This document shows positions 1-10,200 of a DNA stretch of 64,000 nt, in pieces. The translations under genes and the position numbers were made by a program. The stretch is from a virus. The first letter of the stretch is position 1. Each line of letters starts with the position of its first letter. The notes beneath the pieces are model-generated. The model saw only the letters and a program-made list of their open reading frames with translations. It did no database searches and was not told where the DNA came from. Location of the stretch: positions 1 to 64,000 of the IMG/VR virus record IMGVR_UViG_3300022700_000069; one strand, written 5' to 3'.

Positions 1-97
1 AAATTGGACATATGATTTTTCAATGTCAAATGATAATGAAAAGGAATGGAATGAACATCATCAATCATTAATATATAATGGTATAATTACCCACCAA
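1..97 (+). mobile_element. C-terminal end of an intein in the terminase (ends ...NGIITHQ / T)
   Basis: Translation from base 2 is NWTYDFSM...HQSLIYNGIITHQ-TPNG, matching intein blocks F and G, followed by the +1 Thr of the terminase (S)TPNG motif. Confidence 0.8.
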
Positions 98-1381
98 ACT
101 CCAAATGGCTTAGATCCAGTGTTTTACAAGACTTTTAATAGTGCTAGAAATGATAAAAACCACCCGTTTAAAGCTGTTGAATTATGGTGGTTTAATGATC
201 CAAGATATAATGAAGGTCTTGAATGGGTTAAAAATAAAGGTAAAGACAATGAGATCAGAATGAAAGATGAAAACTGGTCTAAAGAACATAGAATTAAATT
301 AATGGATGATGGATGGGAAGCAACATCACCTTGGTTTGAGGATGAAATTAGAGCAGCTAATGGTAATATGCGTAAAATTGCACAAGAAATTTTATGTTCA
401 TTTCTTGGTTCTGGTGATAATTTCATTGCTGAAAAATATTTAAAAAGAATTGAAGAAGAGGATGTTAATGTACCAATCAGACAAGAATATAGTGATCATA
501 ATTTTTGGATTTGGGAAGATTATATTGATGGTGAAGATTATATTATGGCAATTGATGCATCACCGGGACATGGAGATGATCATTCGACAATTAATATTTT
601 AAAAGTTAATGAATATGTTGAAGAAAAGATCATTGAAAAAAACGGTGTTTCAAAAAAGAAAAAAATAAAAAAACAAAAAACTGAGCAAGTTGCTGAATAT
701 TATAGTAAAATAACACCACAAATGCTTGCTGAAGTTGCATATCAATTTGGTAAAAGATATGGTGATGCACTTGCAATTGTTGATGTTACTGGTGGATATG
801 GTATACAAACAGTTGAAAAATTATTTGAATATGGGTATCCAGAAGATAGTATATACTATACTGAAGTTAAACATAAACCAACTAGAGATATGTTATTTGG
901 TTATATTAAAAAGGGTCAAAAAATATTACCTGATGGTAATTCAATTACCGTTGATTTAGTTCCCGGTTTCTTTATTGGTGATAATCGTGCTTCAGTGTTA
1001 TTAGAAATGCAACGAGCAATTCATATGAATGATGTGATCATTCGCTCAACTCGTTTATTAAATGAATTAAAAACATTTGTTACTGTTCCGGGTAATCGTG
1101 TAGCTGACCATAAAAGATCATTTCATGACGATTCAATTATTGGTTTAGCATGTGGTTTATATGTTTTAGGATTTGATATGGCTAAGTTTAGGCAAAGTAA
1201 AGGTAACACAAAAAAAATGTTAGATGCAATGATAAATGTTAATGATCGTGATAAAATGAAAAAAAGAATAAAAAATGAAAAAAAACCAGATAAAATAATT
1301 CAAAATAATAGATCATCAAATCCTGATTTACAAAAGTATATAGCAAATGATTGGCTATTTAAAGGATTAAATAATAAATAA
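1..1381 (+). CDS. gp17: Terminase large subunit (T4 gp17-like), 5'-truncated by the window edge; begins inside an intein
   Basis: Frame is open from position 2. TPNG coupling motif, FxxEIxxxFLGSG, RNase H-like nuclease motifs (YIMAIDASPGHGDDHS; HDDSIIG). Directly upstream of the portal. Confidence 0.92.
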   Translation, partial: NWTYDFSMSNDNEKEWNEHHQSLIYNGIITHQTPNGLDPVFYKTFNSARNDKNHPFKAVELWWFNDPRYNEGLEWVKNKGKDNEIRMKDENWSKEHRIKLMDDGWEATSPWFEDEIRAANGNMRKIAQEILCSFLGSGDNFIAEKYLKRIEEEDVNVPIRQEYSDHNFWIWEDYIDGEDYIMAIDASPGHGDDHSTINILKVNEYVEEKIIEKNGVSKKKKIKKQKTEQVAEYYSKITPQMLAEVAYQFGKRYGDALAIVDVTGGYGIQTVEKLFEYGYPEDSIYYTEVKHKPTRDMLFGYIKKGQKILPDGNSITVDLVPGFFIGDNRASVLLEMQRAIHMNDVIIRSTRLLNELKTFVTVPGNRVADHKRSFHDDSIIGLACGLYVLGFDMAKFRQSKGNTKKMLDAMINVNDRDKMKKRIKNEKKPDKIIQNNRSSNPDLQKYIANDWLFKGLNNK

Positions 1382-1417
1382 TTGTATTTATTAATATGTT
1401 TTTTTAATAAAAAAAAA

Positions 1418-1425
1418 GTATTTAT
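1418..1425 (+). promoter_or_regulatory. Putative phage late promoter GTATTTAT (representative of about 20 copies)
   Basis: Same motif, in the sense orientation, about 15-50 nt upstream of nearly all structural transcription units; coordinates listed under findings. Confidence 0.8.
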
Positions 1426-1449
1426 AAAAAAGTATAAAAATTTATAAAA

Positions 1450-4400
1450 ATGGCAAATAATAAAGACAAACGAACAGTATATCAAAATTTAAATAGATTT
1501 TTTAATTTAGATGGTTTTGGTTTTGCACCAATTCAACATAATCAAGATAACAATAAAGTTGTTATAAAGGGTAATTCTCCAGAAGATATTAAAAGAAAGG
1601 GACTGGAAATTGAACAACGAAAGAAAATTCAAGATAAATATTTTCGTACAACTGATAGAGGTTTTCAAAAAGCATTGCAATATGAAGCAGCAAGACTTCC
1701 AGCTTATATTGATTATGAAGGAATGGAATATTATCCAATAATTTCATCAGCATTAGATTTATTTATGGAAGAAGCAACTACTATTGGTTCAAATGGTAAA
1801 ATGTTAAATATTTATTCTAATAAAGATAGAATTAAATATTTATTAGAAGAATTTTTTTATGATATTCTAAATGTTAATGTTAATCTACCATTTTGGACAA
1901 GAAATGTTGCCAAATACGGTGATAATTTTGTATTATTATATGGTGAAAGAAAAAAAGGAATTACCCATGTAAAACAAATGGTTAATTATGAAGTAGAAAG
2001 GTTTGAAAGAATACAAAAGGGTAAACCAGTAGTTAAATTTAAAGAAAGAATGACTGGTGATGAATTTAATGTATTTGAAGTAGCACATTTTAGATTATTG
2101 GGTGATGATAAATATCTACCATATGGTTCATCTGTCTTAAATAAAGTTCGTAGAGTATTTCGTCAACTTGTTATGGGTGAAGATGCAATGTTAACATATC
2201 GTATTATACGTGCTGGTGAGAAAAAGGTGTTTAAAATTGATGTTGGTAATATTGATGAAGAAGATATTGAAGATTACATCTATAAGGTTGCAACTAAATT
2301 TAAAAAATCAATGGAAGTATCACCAAATGATGGTCAAATTGATTATAGATTTAATATATTAGGCAATGATGAAGATTATTTTATACCTGTTAGAAATGCT
2401 AATGTTGAAACAGGTATTGATACACTTCCGGGGGCATGTTTATCGCTTGATACAAAAATTAATCTATTAGATGGTAGAAGTTTATCGCTTAATAATATTA
2501 TAAATGAATATGAATCTGGAAAACAATTATGGTCATATTCAATAAATCCTCAATCTGGAAATATTGTACCGGGTAAAATAACATGGGCAGGGGTTACCAG
2601 AAAAAATGCACAAGTATTAAAATTAACTTTAGATAATGGTGAAACTATTACTTGTACCCCTGATCATAAATTTCCAACAAAATATAATGGAATTAAAGAA
2701 GCAAAAGATTTATTAATTGGTGAATCAATGTGGTCATTTAATAAAAAATTTAAAAAAATTAAGGGTCAGGGAAATGATTATGAAATGATATATGACCATT
2801 CTATTAATGATTGGGTTTATACTCATAGAATAGTGAATGATTATATTAATGATAAACCAATAAATAATTTAATTAGACATCATAAAGATTTTAATAGATA
2901 TAATAATAATCCAGAAAATATTGAAAGATTAACAATAAAAGAGTATTTAAAGAAACATAATGAACAAGCACTAGTTGGTGGGTTGGCATTTAAAGAAAAA
3001 TATAACACAAATGAAAAATTTAGAAAAAAAATTAATAATGTGTTAAATGCTGCAAGAACTAAATATCATAATAAATTAAAAATTGATGATAATTTTAGAA
3101 ATAATGTAATAAAAAAACAATCAAAATCAATTAATAATTCAGTAAAATCAAGAGATATAGCAATTGAAACTTTTAATGACAATCCAAATAGAGAATCAAT
3201 TCTTAATGAAAGAGGAAAATCTATATCAAAAACAAAATCATTAAAAGAAAATAGAATAAAACAATCTAAAATTACTAAACAACAATGGAAAAATAGTAAT
3301 TTAAGAGAAATTGTGATAGAAAAGCAATCAATTAAATACTCTAATAAATTACTTGATTTATTAATAAGTTACATTGATGAATATAATAGGATTGATTTAA
3401 TTTTAGAAAATAAAATCAATATCGAAAATTCTGAATGGTTAAATGAATTTAACCGAATTAATGAAAATAATAAACAATTAAAAAAGATGTCTCTTATTAC
3501 TAGAAATAACATTGATAAAATGTTAAAATATTTTGGTTATTCTAATTGGAGAGATTTTAAATCAAAAATTCCCTATTATAATCATAAGATTGTTTCAATC
3601 GAATGGTTAGAAGAAAAACAAGATACAGGTACAATCACTATTGATGGTCAAGAAAATTTACATAATTTTCATAATTTCGCATTAAATTCTGGAATTTTTA
3701 CAAATAATTCTAATCTTGATCAAATACAAGATATTGAATATTTACGTGATAATTTATTTACTGGTCTTGGTATACCAAAACCGTTTTTATCATTTCAAGA
3801 TGCTGCTGGTGGTGGTAAAAATATGGCTCAATATGATATAAGATTTGCTAAAAAGATTAATAGAATTCAACAATCAATGATTCAAGAATTGAATAAAATG
3901 GCAATGATCCATTTATATTTATTGGGTTATGATAAAGAAGATATTGGTAATTTTACTTTAACATTAACCAATCCATCTACACAACAAGAAATGCTTAAAG
4001 CAGAATTGTTTAGAGAAAAATCACAAGTGTATACTGAACTTACACGTGGTGAAAATGGTATCGCTGCTATGTCACATACAAAAGCAAAACGTATTGTTTT
4101 CAATATGAGTGATCGTGAAATTGTTAATGATCTTAAACAACAAAAAATGGAAAAAGTTGTTCAACAAGAACTTGCTGATGCACCAGTTGTTATTAAACAA
4201 TCTGGCATATATTCTGATATTGATAAAAAATATGGTGAACCTGAATTAGCTGGTGCAGCAACTGGTAGTACTGGTAATGAAGAAGGTGAAGGTGGTGGAA
4301 TTCCACCAGAAGGTGGTGCTGCAGAAGGAGGTGAAACTCCTGAAGGTGGTGAAGGGGAAGTACCATTTCAATCACCAACTGATTTACCACCAATCGAAGC

Positions 4401-4701
4401 TGAAGGTGTAAACAGTAAAAAAATTATGAGTAATGATGAATATAATAAACATATTGAAAATATAGTATATGGTGATAATAAAGAATATCAAAAAAATAAA
4501 AATGAAAAGAAATTAATTAAAGAAAATATAGGAAAAAATGATGGTTTAAATAAAAAAGCAAATGAAATGGTAAATGAAATTGATTCAATGTTAGAAGAAT
4601 CGGAAAAACTTAATGAAAATGATTCTGTAAATATTGATAATATTGATCTTGAAAAACTTGATGATATTAATTTAAAAATCGATATTGAAGATACTGAATA
4701 A
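1450..4701 (+). CDS. gp20: Portal protein (T4 gp20-like) containing an intein
   Basis: YGSSVL..RRVFRQL..EDAMLTYRIIRAGEKKVFKIDVGN, EDYFIPVR, IDTLPGA/SNL, DIEYLRDNLFTGLGIPK, DIRFAKKINRIQ are gp20 motifs. Confidence 0.95.
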   Translation: MANNKDKRTVYQNLNRFFNLDGFGFAPIQHNQDNNKVVIKGNSPEDIKRKGLEIEQRKKIQDKYFRTTDRGFQKALQYEAARLPAYIDYEGMEYYPIISSALDLFMEEATTIGSNGKMLNIYSNKDRIKYLLEEFFYDILNVNVNLPFWTRNVAKYGDNFVLLYGERKKGITHVKQMVNYEVERFERIQKGKPVVKFKERMTGDEFNVFEVAHFRLLGDDKYLPYGSSVLNKVRRVFRQLVMGEDAMLTYRIIRAGEKKVFKIDVGNIDEEDIEDYIYKVATKFKKSMEVSPNDGQIDYRFNILGNDEDYFIPVRNANVETGIDTLPGACLSLDTKINLLDGRSLSLNNIINEYESGKQLWSYSINPQSGNIVPGKITWAGVTRKNAQVLKLTLDNGETITCTPDHKFPTKYNGIKEAKDLLIGESMWSFNKKFKKIKGQGNDYEMIYDHSINDWVYTHRIVNDYINDKPINNLIRHHKDFNRYNNNPENIERLTIKEYLKKHNEQALVGGLAFKEKYNTNEKFRKKINNVLNAARTKYHNKLKIDDNFRNNVIKKQSKSINNSVKSRDIAIETFNDNPNRESILNERGKSISKTKSLKENRIKQSKITKQQWKNSNLREIVIEKQSIKYSNKLLDLLISYIDEYNRIDLILENKINIENSEWLNEFNRINENNKQLKKMSLITRNNIDKMLKYFGYSNWRDFKSKIPYYNHKIVSIEWLEEKQDTGTITIDGQENLHNFHNFALNSGIFTNNSNLDQIQDIEYLRDNLFTGLGIPKPFLSFQDAAGGGKNMAQYDIRFAKKINRIQQSMIQELNKMAMIHLYLLGYDKEDIGNFTLTLTNPSTQQEMLKAELFREKSQVYTELTRGENGIAAMSHTKAKRIVFNMSDREIVNDLKQQKMEKVVQQELADAPVVIKQSGIYSDIDKKYGEPELAGAATGSTGNEEGEGGGIPPEGGAAEGGETPEGGEGEVPFQSPTDLPPIEAEGVNSKKIMSNDEYNKHIENIVYGDNKEYQKNKNEKKLIKENIGKNDGLNKKANEMVNEIDSMLEESEKLNENDSVNIDNIDLEKLDDINLKIDIEDTE
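2437..3708 (+). mobile_element. Intein (424 aa) with HNH endonuclease domain in the portal
   Basis: Starts CLSLDTKI, has block B TCTPDHKF, HNH motif IRHHKDFNRYNNNPENIERL, ends HNFALNSGIFTNN / S. Removal restores IDTLPGA-SNL. Confidence 0.92.
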
Positions 4702-4763
4702 AATTAAGGATAGAAGATAATTTCTAATTTTTTATAGTATTTATATTAAATCACATACATTAT

Positions 4764-5546
4764 ATGAAAAATATTAATATTGGTGTTGTTAATTATATGG
4801 TTTCAGAAATGTTAAGGAAAAACTTTTTATCTGAAACTAAATTTGAAAAAAATAAAATTTCAAATACAACAAATAACTTATTAAATATAATAAAAGAATC
4901 ACCTATTCTTCAATTAGAATTTAAAATTTTCAATAATATTGAAAATAAAGAAATTAATGATGATACTTTAGCAATTCGTTATATTGATGATAATATTAAA
5001 TTATTTGAAATATATACATTAAATGAATTTCAAAAAGAACATGAAAAATTAAAAAATTTTATTAATGAAAATAACAATATTATTGAGAATGAAAAAATTA
5101 AATTATATGATGCTATTAACACACTTATTGAAGAATCATTAAAACCAAATGAAAAAACTGATGTTGATATAATACATGAATCATTTAATATTGTTTTAAA
5201 TCATATAAAAAAACCAAAAAAAATTGATAATAAAAATAATTTAAATAATGTTAATGAAGAAGTTATTGAAATTGCGATAAATAAATTTAATGAGAAATAT
5301 AAAAATATGACACTTAATGAAATGTCATTGTTTAAGAAACTTATTAATTCAAATAATGATGAAAAAAAAGAACTTTTTGAGGAATATAAAAAAGATAATA
5401 TAGAAATATTAGAATCATTATTAAAAGAAAATAAAAATGATAAAATTAGTAAATCATTAAAAAAAATAAATGAAATGGATTATAATCCAGAAAAAATTGA
5501 TAATGATATTATTAAACTTTTTGAATTAAAAAAGGGACTAGAATAA
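4764..5546 (+). CDS. Hypothetical late protein (possible prohead core or head component)
   Basis: 260-aa ORF after the portal with GTATTTAT at 4737; several (I/L)xE motifs. Confidence 0.55.
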   Translation: MKNINIGVVNYMVSEMLRKNFLSETKFEKNKISNTTNNLLNIIKESPILQLEFKIFNNIENKEINDDTLAIRYIDDNIKLFEIYTLNEFQKEHEKLKNFINENNNIIENEKIKLYDAINTLIEESLKPNEKTDVDIIHESFNIVLNHIKKPKKIDNKNNLNNVNEEVIEIAINKFNEKYKNMTLNEMSLFKKLINSNNDEKKELFEEYKKDNIEILESLLKENKNDKISKSLKKINEMDYNPEKIDNDIIKLFELKKGLE

Positions 5547-5549
5547 CAT

Positions 5550-7277
5550 TTATTTAGATAAATTTCTTAACATTTGAATTAATTCCGGTTGTGGATGACA
5601 ATCGGATTTATCATTTCTATAACTAACATGTGTCCAAATACCAGATATACCATTTAATGCATTTTTTGAAACACCCCATGCACCATTAATTTTTGATGGT
5701 ATTGATAATCCATTATCATCATAATCAATATCCCACATATCTGTTTTATATGTTAAATCAATATCATTAAATTTATTTTTTAATGATAAAATTAATTCTC
5801 TAACAGCATTAATTTGCGCATTAGTATATTTTTCAAATGCTTTAAAACCTCTAAATCCTTTAGGATATAATTGAACATTCTGTATTGGATTTTCATTATC
5901 TTTTGGTTCTGCTGTTTGTTTATCACCATCTCTATCCATAGTAGTTGGATACCAACCACCATTAGGACCTTGAATTAATCCACCCCATGAATCTATTTCA
6001 ATACCAATACTTCTCTGATCTAAAAACACATTACTTTTAGTTGTTCCTTGTTTATTAATAAAATCAGCCGTTATACCTAAATGACTTGCCCAATAATTTG
6101 TATTAAATAATTGGAAAATATTACCTGTTCTTGAAATAATGAATGCTGTTGCTATTCTTTCACCTTTATCTCTCCACCATTTAACATCACCACCAACACC
6201 TTCATTACCCCCACTAACAGTATGATGTAATACAATTTGTGTTTTTTGCTTTTGTGTTTTAACATATTGATCTTCTGGGAAATAAATAAATTTATATCTA
6301 TCATCAGTAACTATAGATAATTTTTCTAAATCTTCAACACTAAAACCATATTGTTCTGATTCTACAACATTTGCTTTATATGGATTAAAATTATCATTTG
6401 GATAATTATTTAAATCACTTTCATTATTAGTAATAAATAAATTATTATATCCAAAACTATAATATTTTGGTTTATATTTTTTATTAAATGATGCTTTTAT
6501 TAGATTAATAGTATCACCTAAAACACCGAATACTTTTAAAACATAATTTAATCCTTCGGTTAATTCTTGTTGGGTATCATTTTTTTTACTTTTTTCAATT
6601 GCTCTTGAATAAGTATTAGCTAAAAAATTGGTTCCACGATTATAACAAAATAAACTAGTACTAACTAATTTTGCAGAATTATTTGAAAGATATCGCATGT
6701 ATCTAGCTTGCGCTTTAATCATCACATCTGGATTATTAATAATATTTTGATGTAATATTGATCTGTTTAATCGAGCAACATTTTTAGTATTCTTATTTCC
6801 TGATGTTGGCTGATATGATGTTGATGATAATGGAAATTTTAAATTATTTATTATTGATGCTTTTTCCATATCAAACATTTTTGGTTCTACATTACTAAAA
6901 TTATCAACAATAACACTATAAATCATAGACATTGTAAAACCATTAATACCAGATTTTGTTGTTTTTTTATCATACCACCAAAGTTTAAAACCTGATTCAA
7001 CATAACATTGTGCTGCTAATACATTTGGGTCTAAACCATAATCTTCACCCGCATCTTCAAACCATTTAATTAATGCATCTTTAAGATTACTTGTTGTTAA
7101 TTCATTACCATTAAATTTACTATTTACTGTCCATTCAGTATCAATTGATTCTCCATTTCCATCATCACTAAAAGGTAATATTCCATTATTACCTTTTAAT
7201 AATGAATTACCGCCATCATCAATAACTTTATCAATAAATTTTTTTCCTTGATCTGTTATTTTTGTTATTTTTGCCAT
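5550..7277 (-). CDS. Two-domain peptidoglycan hydrolase: lysozyme/SLT-like N-domain plus Amidase_2-type N-acetylmuramoyl-L-alanine amidase
   Basis: YGLDPNVLAAQCYVESGF (SLT catalytic ES) and YNRG; amidase motifs IVLHHT, SIGIEI, YTNAQINAVRELI, THVSYRNDKSDCHP. Confidence 0.8.
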   Translation of the reverse strand: MAKITKITDQGKKFIDKVIDDGGNSLLKGNNGILPFSDDGNGESIDTEWTVNSKFNGNELTTSNLKDALIKWFEDAGEDYGLDPNVLAAQCYVESGFKLWWYDKKTTKSGINGFTMSMIYSVIVDNFSNVEPKMFDMEKASIINNLKFPLSSTSYQPTSGNKNTKNVARLNRSILHQNIINNPDVMIKAQARYMRYLSNNSAKLVSTSLFCYNRGTNFLANTYSRAIEKSKKNDTQQELTEGLNYVLKVFGVLGDTINLIKASFNKKYKPKYYSFGYNNLFITNNESDLNNYPNDNFNPYKANVVESEQYGFSVEDLEKLSIVTDDRYKFIYFPEDQYVKTQKQKTQIVLHHTVSGGNEGVGGDVKWWRDKGERIATAFIISRTGNIFQLFNTNYWASHLGITADFINKQGTTKSNVFLDQRSIGIEIDSWGGLIQGPNGGWYPTTMDRDGDKQTAEPKDNENPIQNVQLYPKGFRGFKAFEKYTNAQINAVRELILSLKNKFNDIDLTYKTDMWDIDYDDNGLSIPSKINGAWGVSKNALNGISGIWTHVSYRNDKSDCHPQPELIQMLRNLSK

Positions 7278-7283
7278 TTTTTA

Positions 7284-10200
7284 TTAAAATTTGAATGTAT
7301 ACATTGAATTATATTTTGCTTGATTTGGATTATCAGCAGTTCCAACACCCAATAAAACTTCATCTATAGATGCTGCATTTGCATTTGTTTTTGTTGTACT
7401 ACCACCATCAAATCCTACTATTGATGCAGGATTTTTTACTCTTGGCATTGGATATTTTAATAATTTTGTGCCCGAAAATTTTGTAGTCATTTTATTTGGC
7501 GTAATATTATGTTCTACCGTTAATATGACATAAGCACCATTAAAAAGTGGCACATTTTCCAATTGAAAATATTGTGTTGGTTGAATCATTGCATTACCAA
7601 ATCCTGTCACTGTTGCTTTATATGCTCTATTTTCATAAATATTATACAAATTTTGTCCTTTAGGTACTGGTGCTTGCTCTTTATTATCACCAGCTAATCT
7701 TGATAATATTTGTATTGATTCATTTGTTTCGGGATATTCTTTACTATCAATACCAAAATCAAAAAACATATTTTGATTTTGTTCACCATATCTTACTCTA
7801 AATGCTCGTACTTCATTTAAAAATTCACCATTATTTGTTAATTCATCTACTTGTTGATCTCTATCAGGATCAGGTTCACATTCACTATTTAAAAAATCTC
7901 TAGTATTTGGGTTTTCTAAATCAACAATGCCATCATCTTCAAATGGACTAAATAAATTAATATTGCTTGGATAACTTGCTGCACCACCGATGTACATACA
8001 AACAAAAACAGGATATTCTTTTTGTACACCACTTGTGTTAATTTCAAATGATTTTTCCCATTCATTTTCAGTAAATTTTAAAAAATTTTGAAGTGGGAAG
8101 AATTCAAATCCATTTAATGATAATAATTGTGATAGAACACTAAATACTGATGTATCTGGACTATTTTTAGCATCAATTAATGCTTTAGGATCAATAATTG
8201 TATCACCAATCGGATTCATTGCTCTATCAACAAAAGCAAATTGACTTATTAATCCTTTTGATCGTTCATTTTTAAATGGATATCCATTTGTTGATTTATT
8301 TAAACCAGAAAGCCATTTATCATTTAAATTTTTAAAAGAATAATATGTTTGTGTTAAAATATCTTCATCACCTGTTGATTTTTTAAATGTTTCTACTTGT
8401 TCCTGTAAATATTCTAATCTTTTATTAATTTTTTTTGATATTTCATTAAAAAATGTACTAAAAAAAATATTATTATATTTTTGTTTAATTGATTCTTGAT
8501 TTTGCTTATTTAATGATGTATATGTTTTATTGTTAATATTTTTAATATATCTAAATGTTATTTCATTAAATATTGCAAATCCAACTCTTTTTACTAATTT
8601 ATCTAATATATCTGAAAATTCTGCATCATTTGTTAATAAATCTTCATAATATTCAAGTTTACATTTACGTATATTATTAGCAGTATCATTGGTAATATTA
8701 TTATAAAATACACCGACCAAATCGTATATAGTAGTTGTTGCCCCAATAGTAATTTCTTCATCATCAAGACATTCTTCTTTAATTAAACCATCACTATTTT
8801 CATCACCATTTACTCTTCTATATAAACTATCAACGCTACTTGCTAAACTATTAAAATCATCATTAAACCATGTTTCATATCTTTGTTTTAATATATCTTT
8901 ATCTTCATTGCTTAAATATTTATTAATATCGTGAATATCAGCAAAAATTAACATTCCACCACTTTCAATAAATATTCCTGAACCACTAGTAAAAAAATCA
9001 TATATTTCATTATAAAATTCATCACCCTTTTCTATACCAACTAAAGCACCCATATATAGTTGTACAAAATATGGTAATTCAACAATTGATGGTATTGAAA
9101 AAAAGTCAACATTTAAATTATATGGATAAGAATTAAATGTACTTAAAGTATATCCAAAATTTGATAAATATATTAATGCTGTTAATTTTGGGTTTTTTAC
9201 ATTTCCATTTTCATATTTTATAATACTATCATATATCATATTATCATTAGTTGATAAAACACCAGTCCATGCATCTAAAATACTTGTACTATTTTTATCT
9301 ACATTTGTTATTTTATTTGTAAATTCTAAATTTATTGATTTAAAATATTTATTTCCATATTTTATTAATTTATTAATAAGCGGATAATATTTAAAGGATG
9401 TGCTACCATCTCTAATTTTTAAAGGATTATAATATTGTCCAAAAATATATTCTTTTTTTATTTCTTCAAGATCATAAAGAAGTAATTCATTTGCACCATC
9501 AGTTAAATAATTTCTTTGATAAATTAATGGTGATGCTATAAATTTAGTTTTTAAAACATCATTACCCTCTGATTCTCTATCTTTTCTAAAGATTACATTT
9601 TCTTTTGAAAAAACAAAATTTTCTTCTGGAGTTTCTTTTTGTCCTCTAAATAATTTATCCCAAAAAGTTGTTTCATTTTCTTCAATAAATTGATCAAAAT
9701 CATCATTACTATCATTACTAATTCTTTCTGATAAATCATAAGAATTAATTATTTTAAATCCACGATATAATTCATCTTCTTTATCTCGATACATATCATA
9801 CCCATTACTAATTGTATAAAATTCACTATCTTCAGAATATAAATCAGTTAAGTATTCATTTATATATGTATAAAATCCATTTAATTGATTATTTAATTTA
9901 CTACTTTTATTATTTTGTAAACTAAACTCTTTTAGTAATTTAGCATACTGTTCATTAGTAACTGAATTAACTAAATTAATTGCTTCAGATTTTGCATATA
10001 ATTTAACATATTCAATAGTACTACTATTATCAGTTTCATAAATATTATTACCATTATTATAAAATGAATATGCTAATGCATTTTGAGATAAAATATAAAA
10101 TCTTTTTAAGAATATTTCAAATATTTGTGTTAGTTTATTAGTTTCTAATAAATTAATTGGTTGTTGAATATCACCACCAGTAGAACTATCAGTACCATAA

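Noticed and set aside
124-426. Short antisense or alternate-frame ORFs in the track (e.g. 124-426, 13023-13556, 21806-22222, 47349-47744)
   Set aside because: They are shadows of well-supported genes, with biased composition and no motifs.
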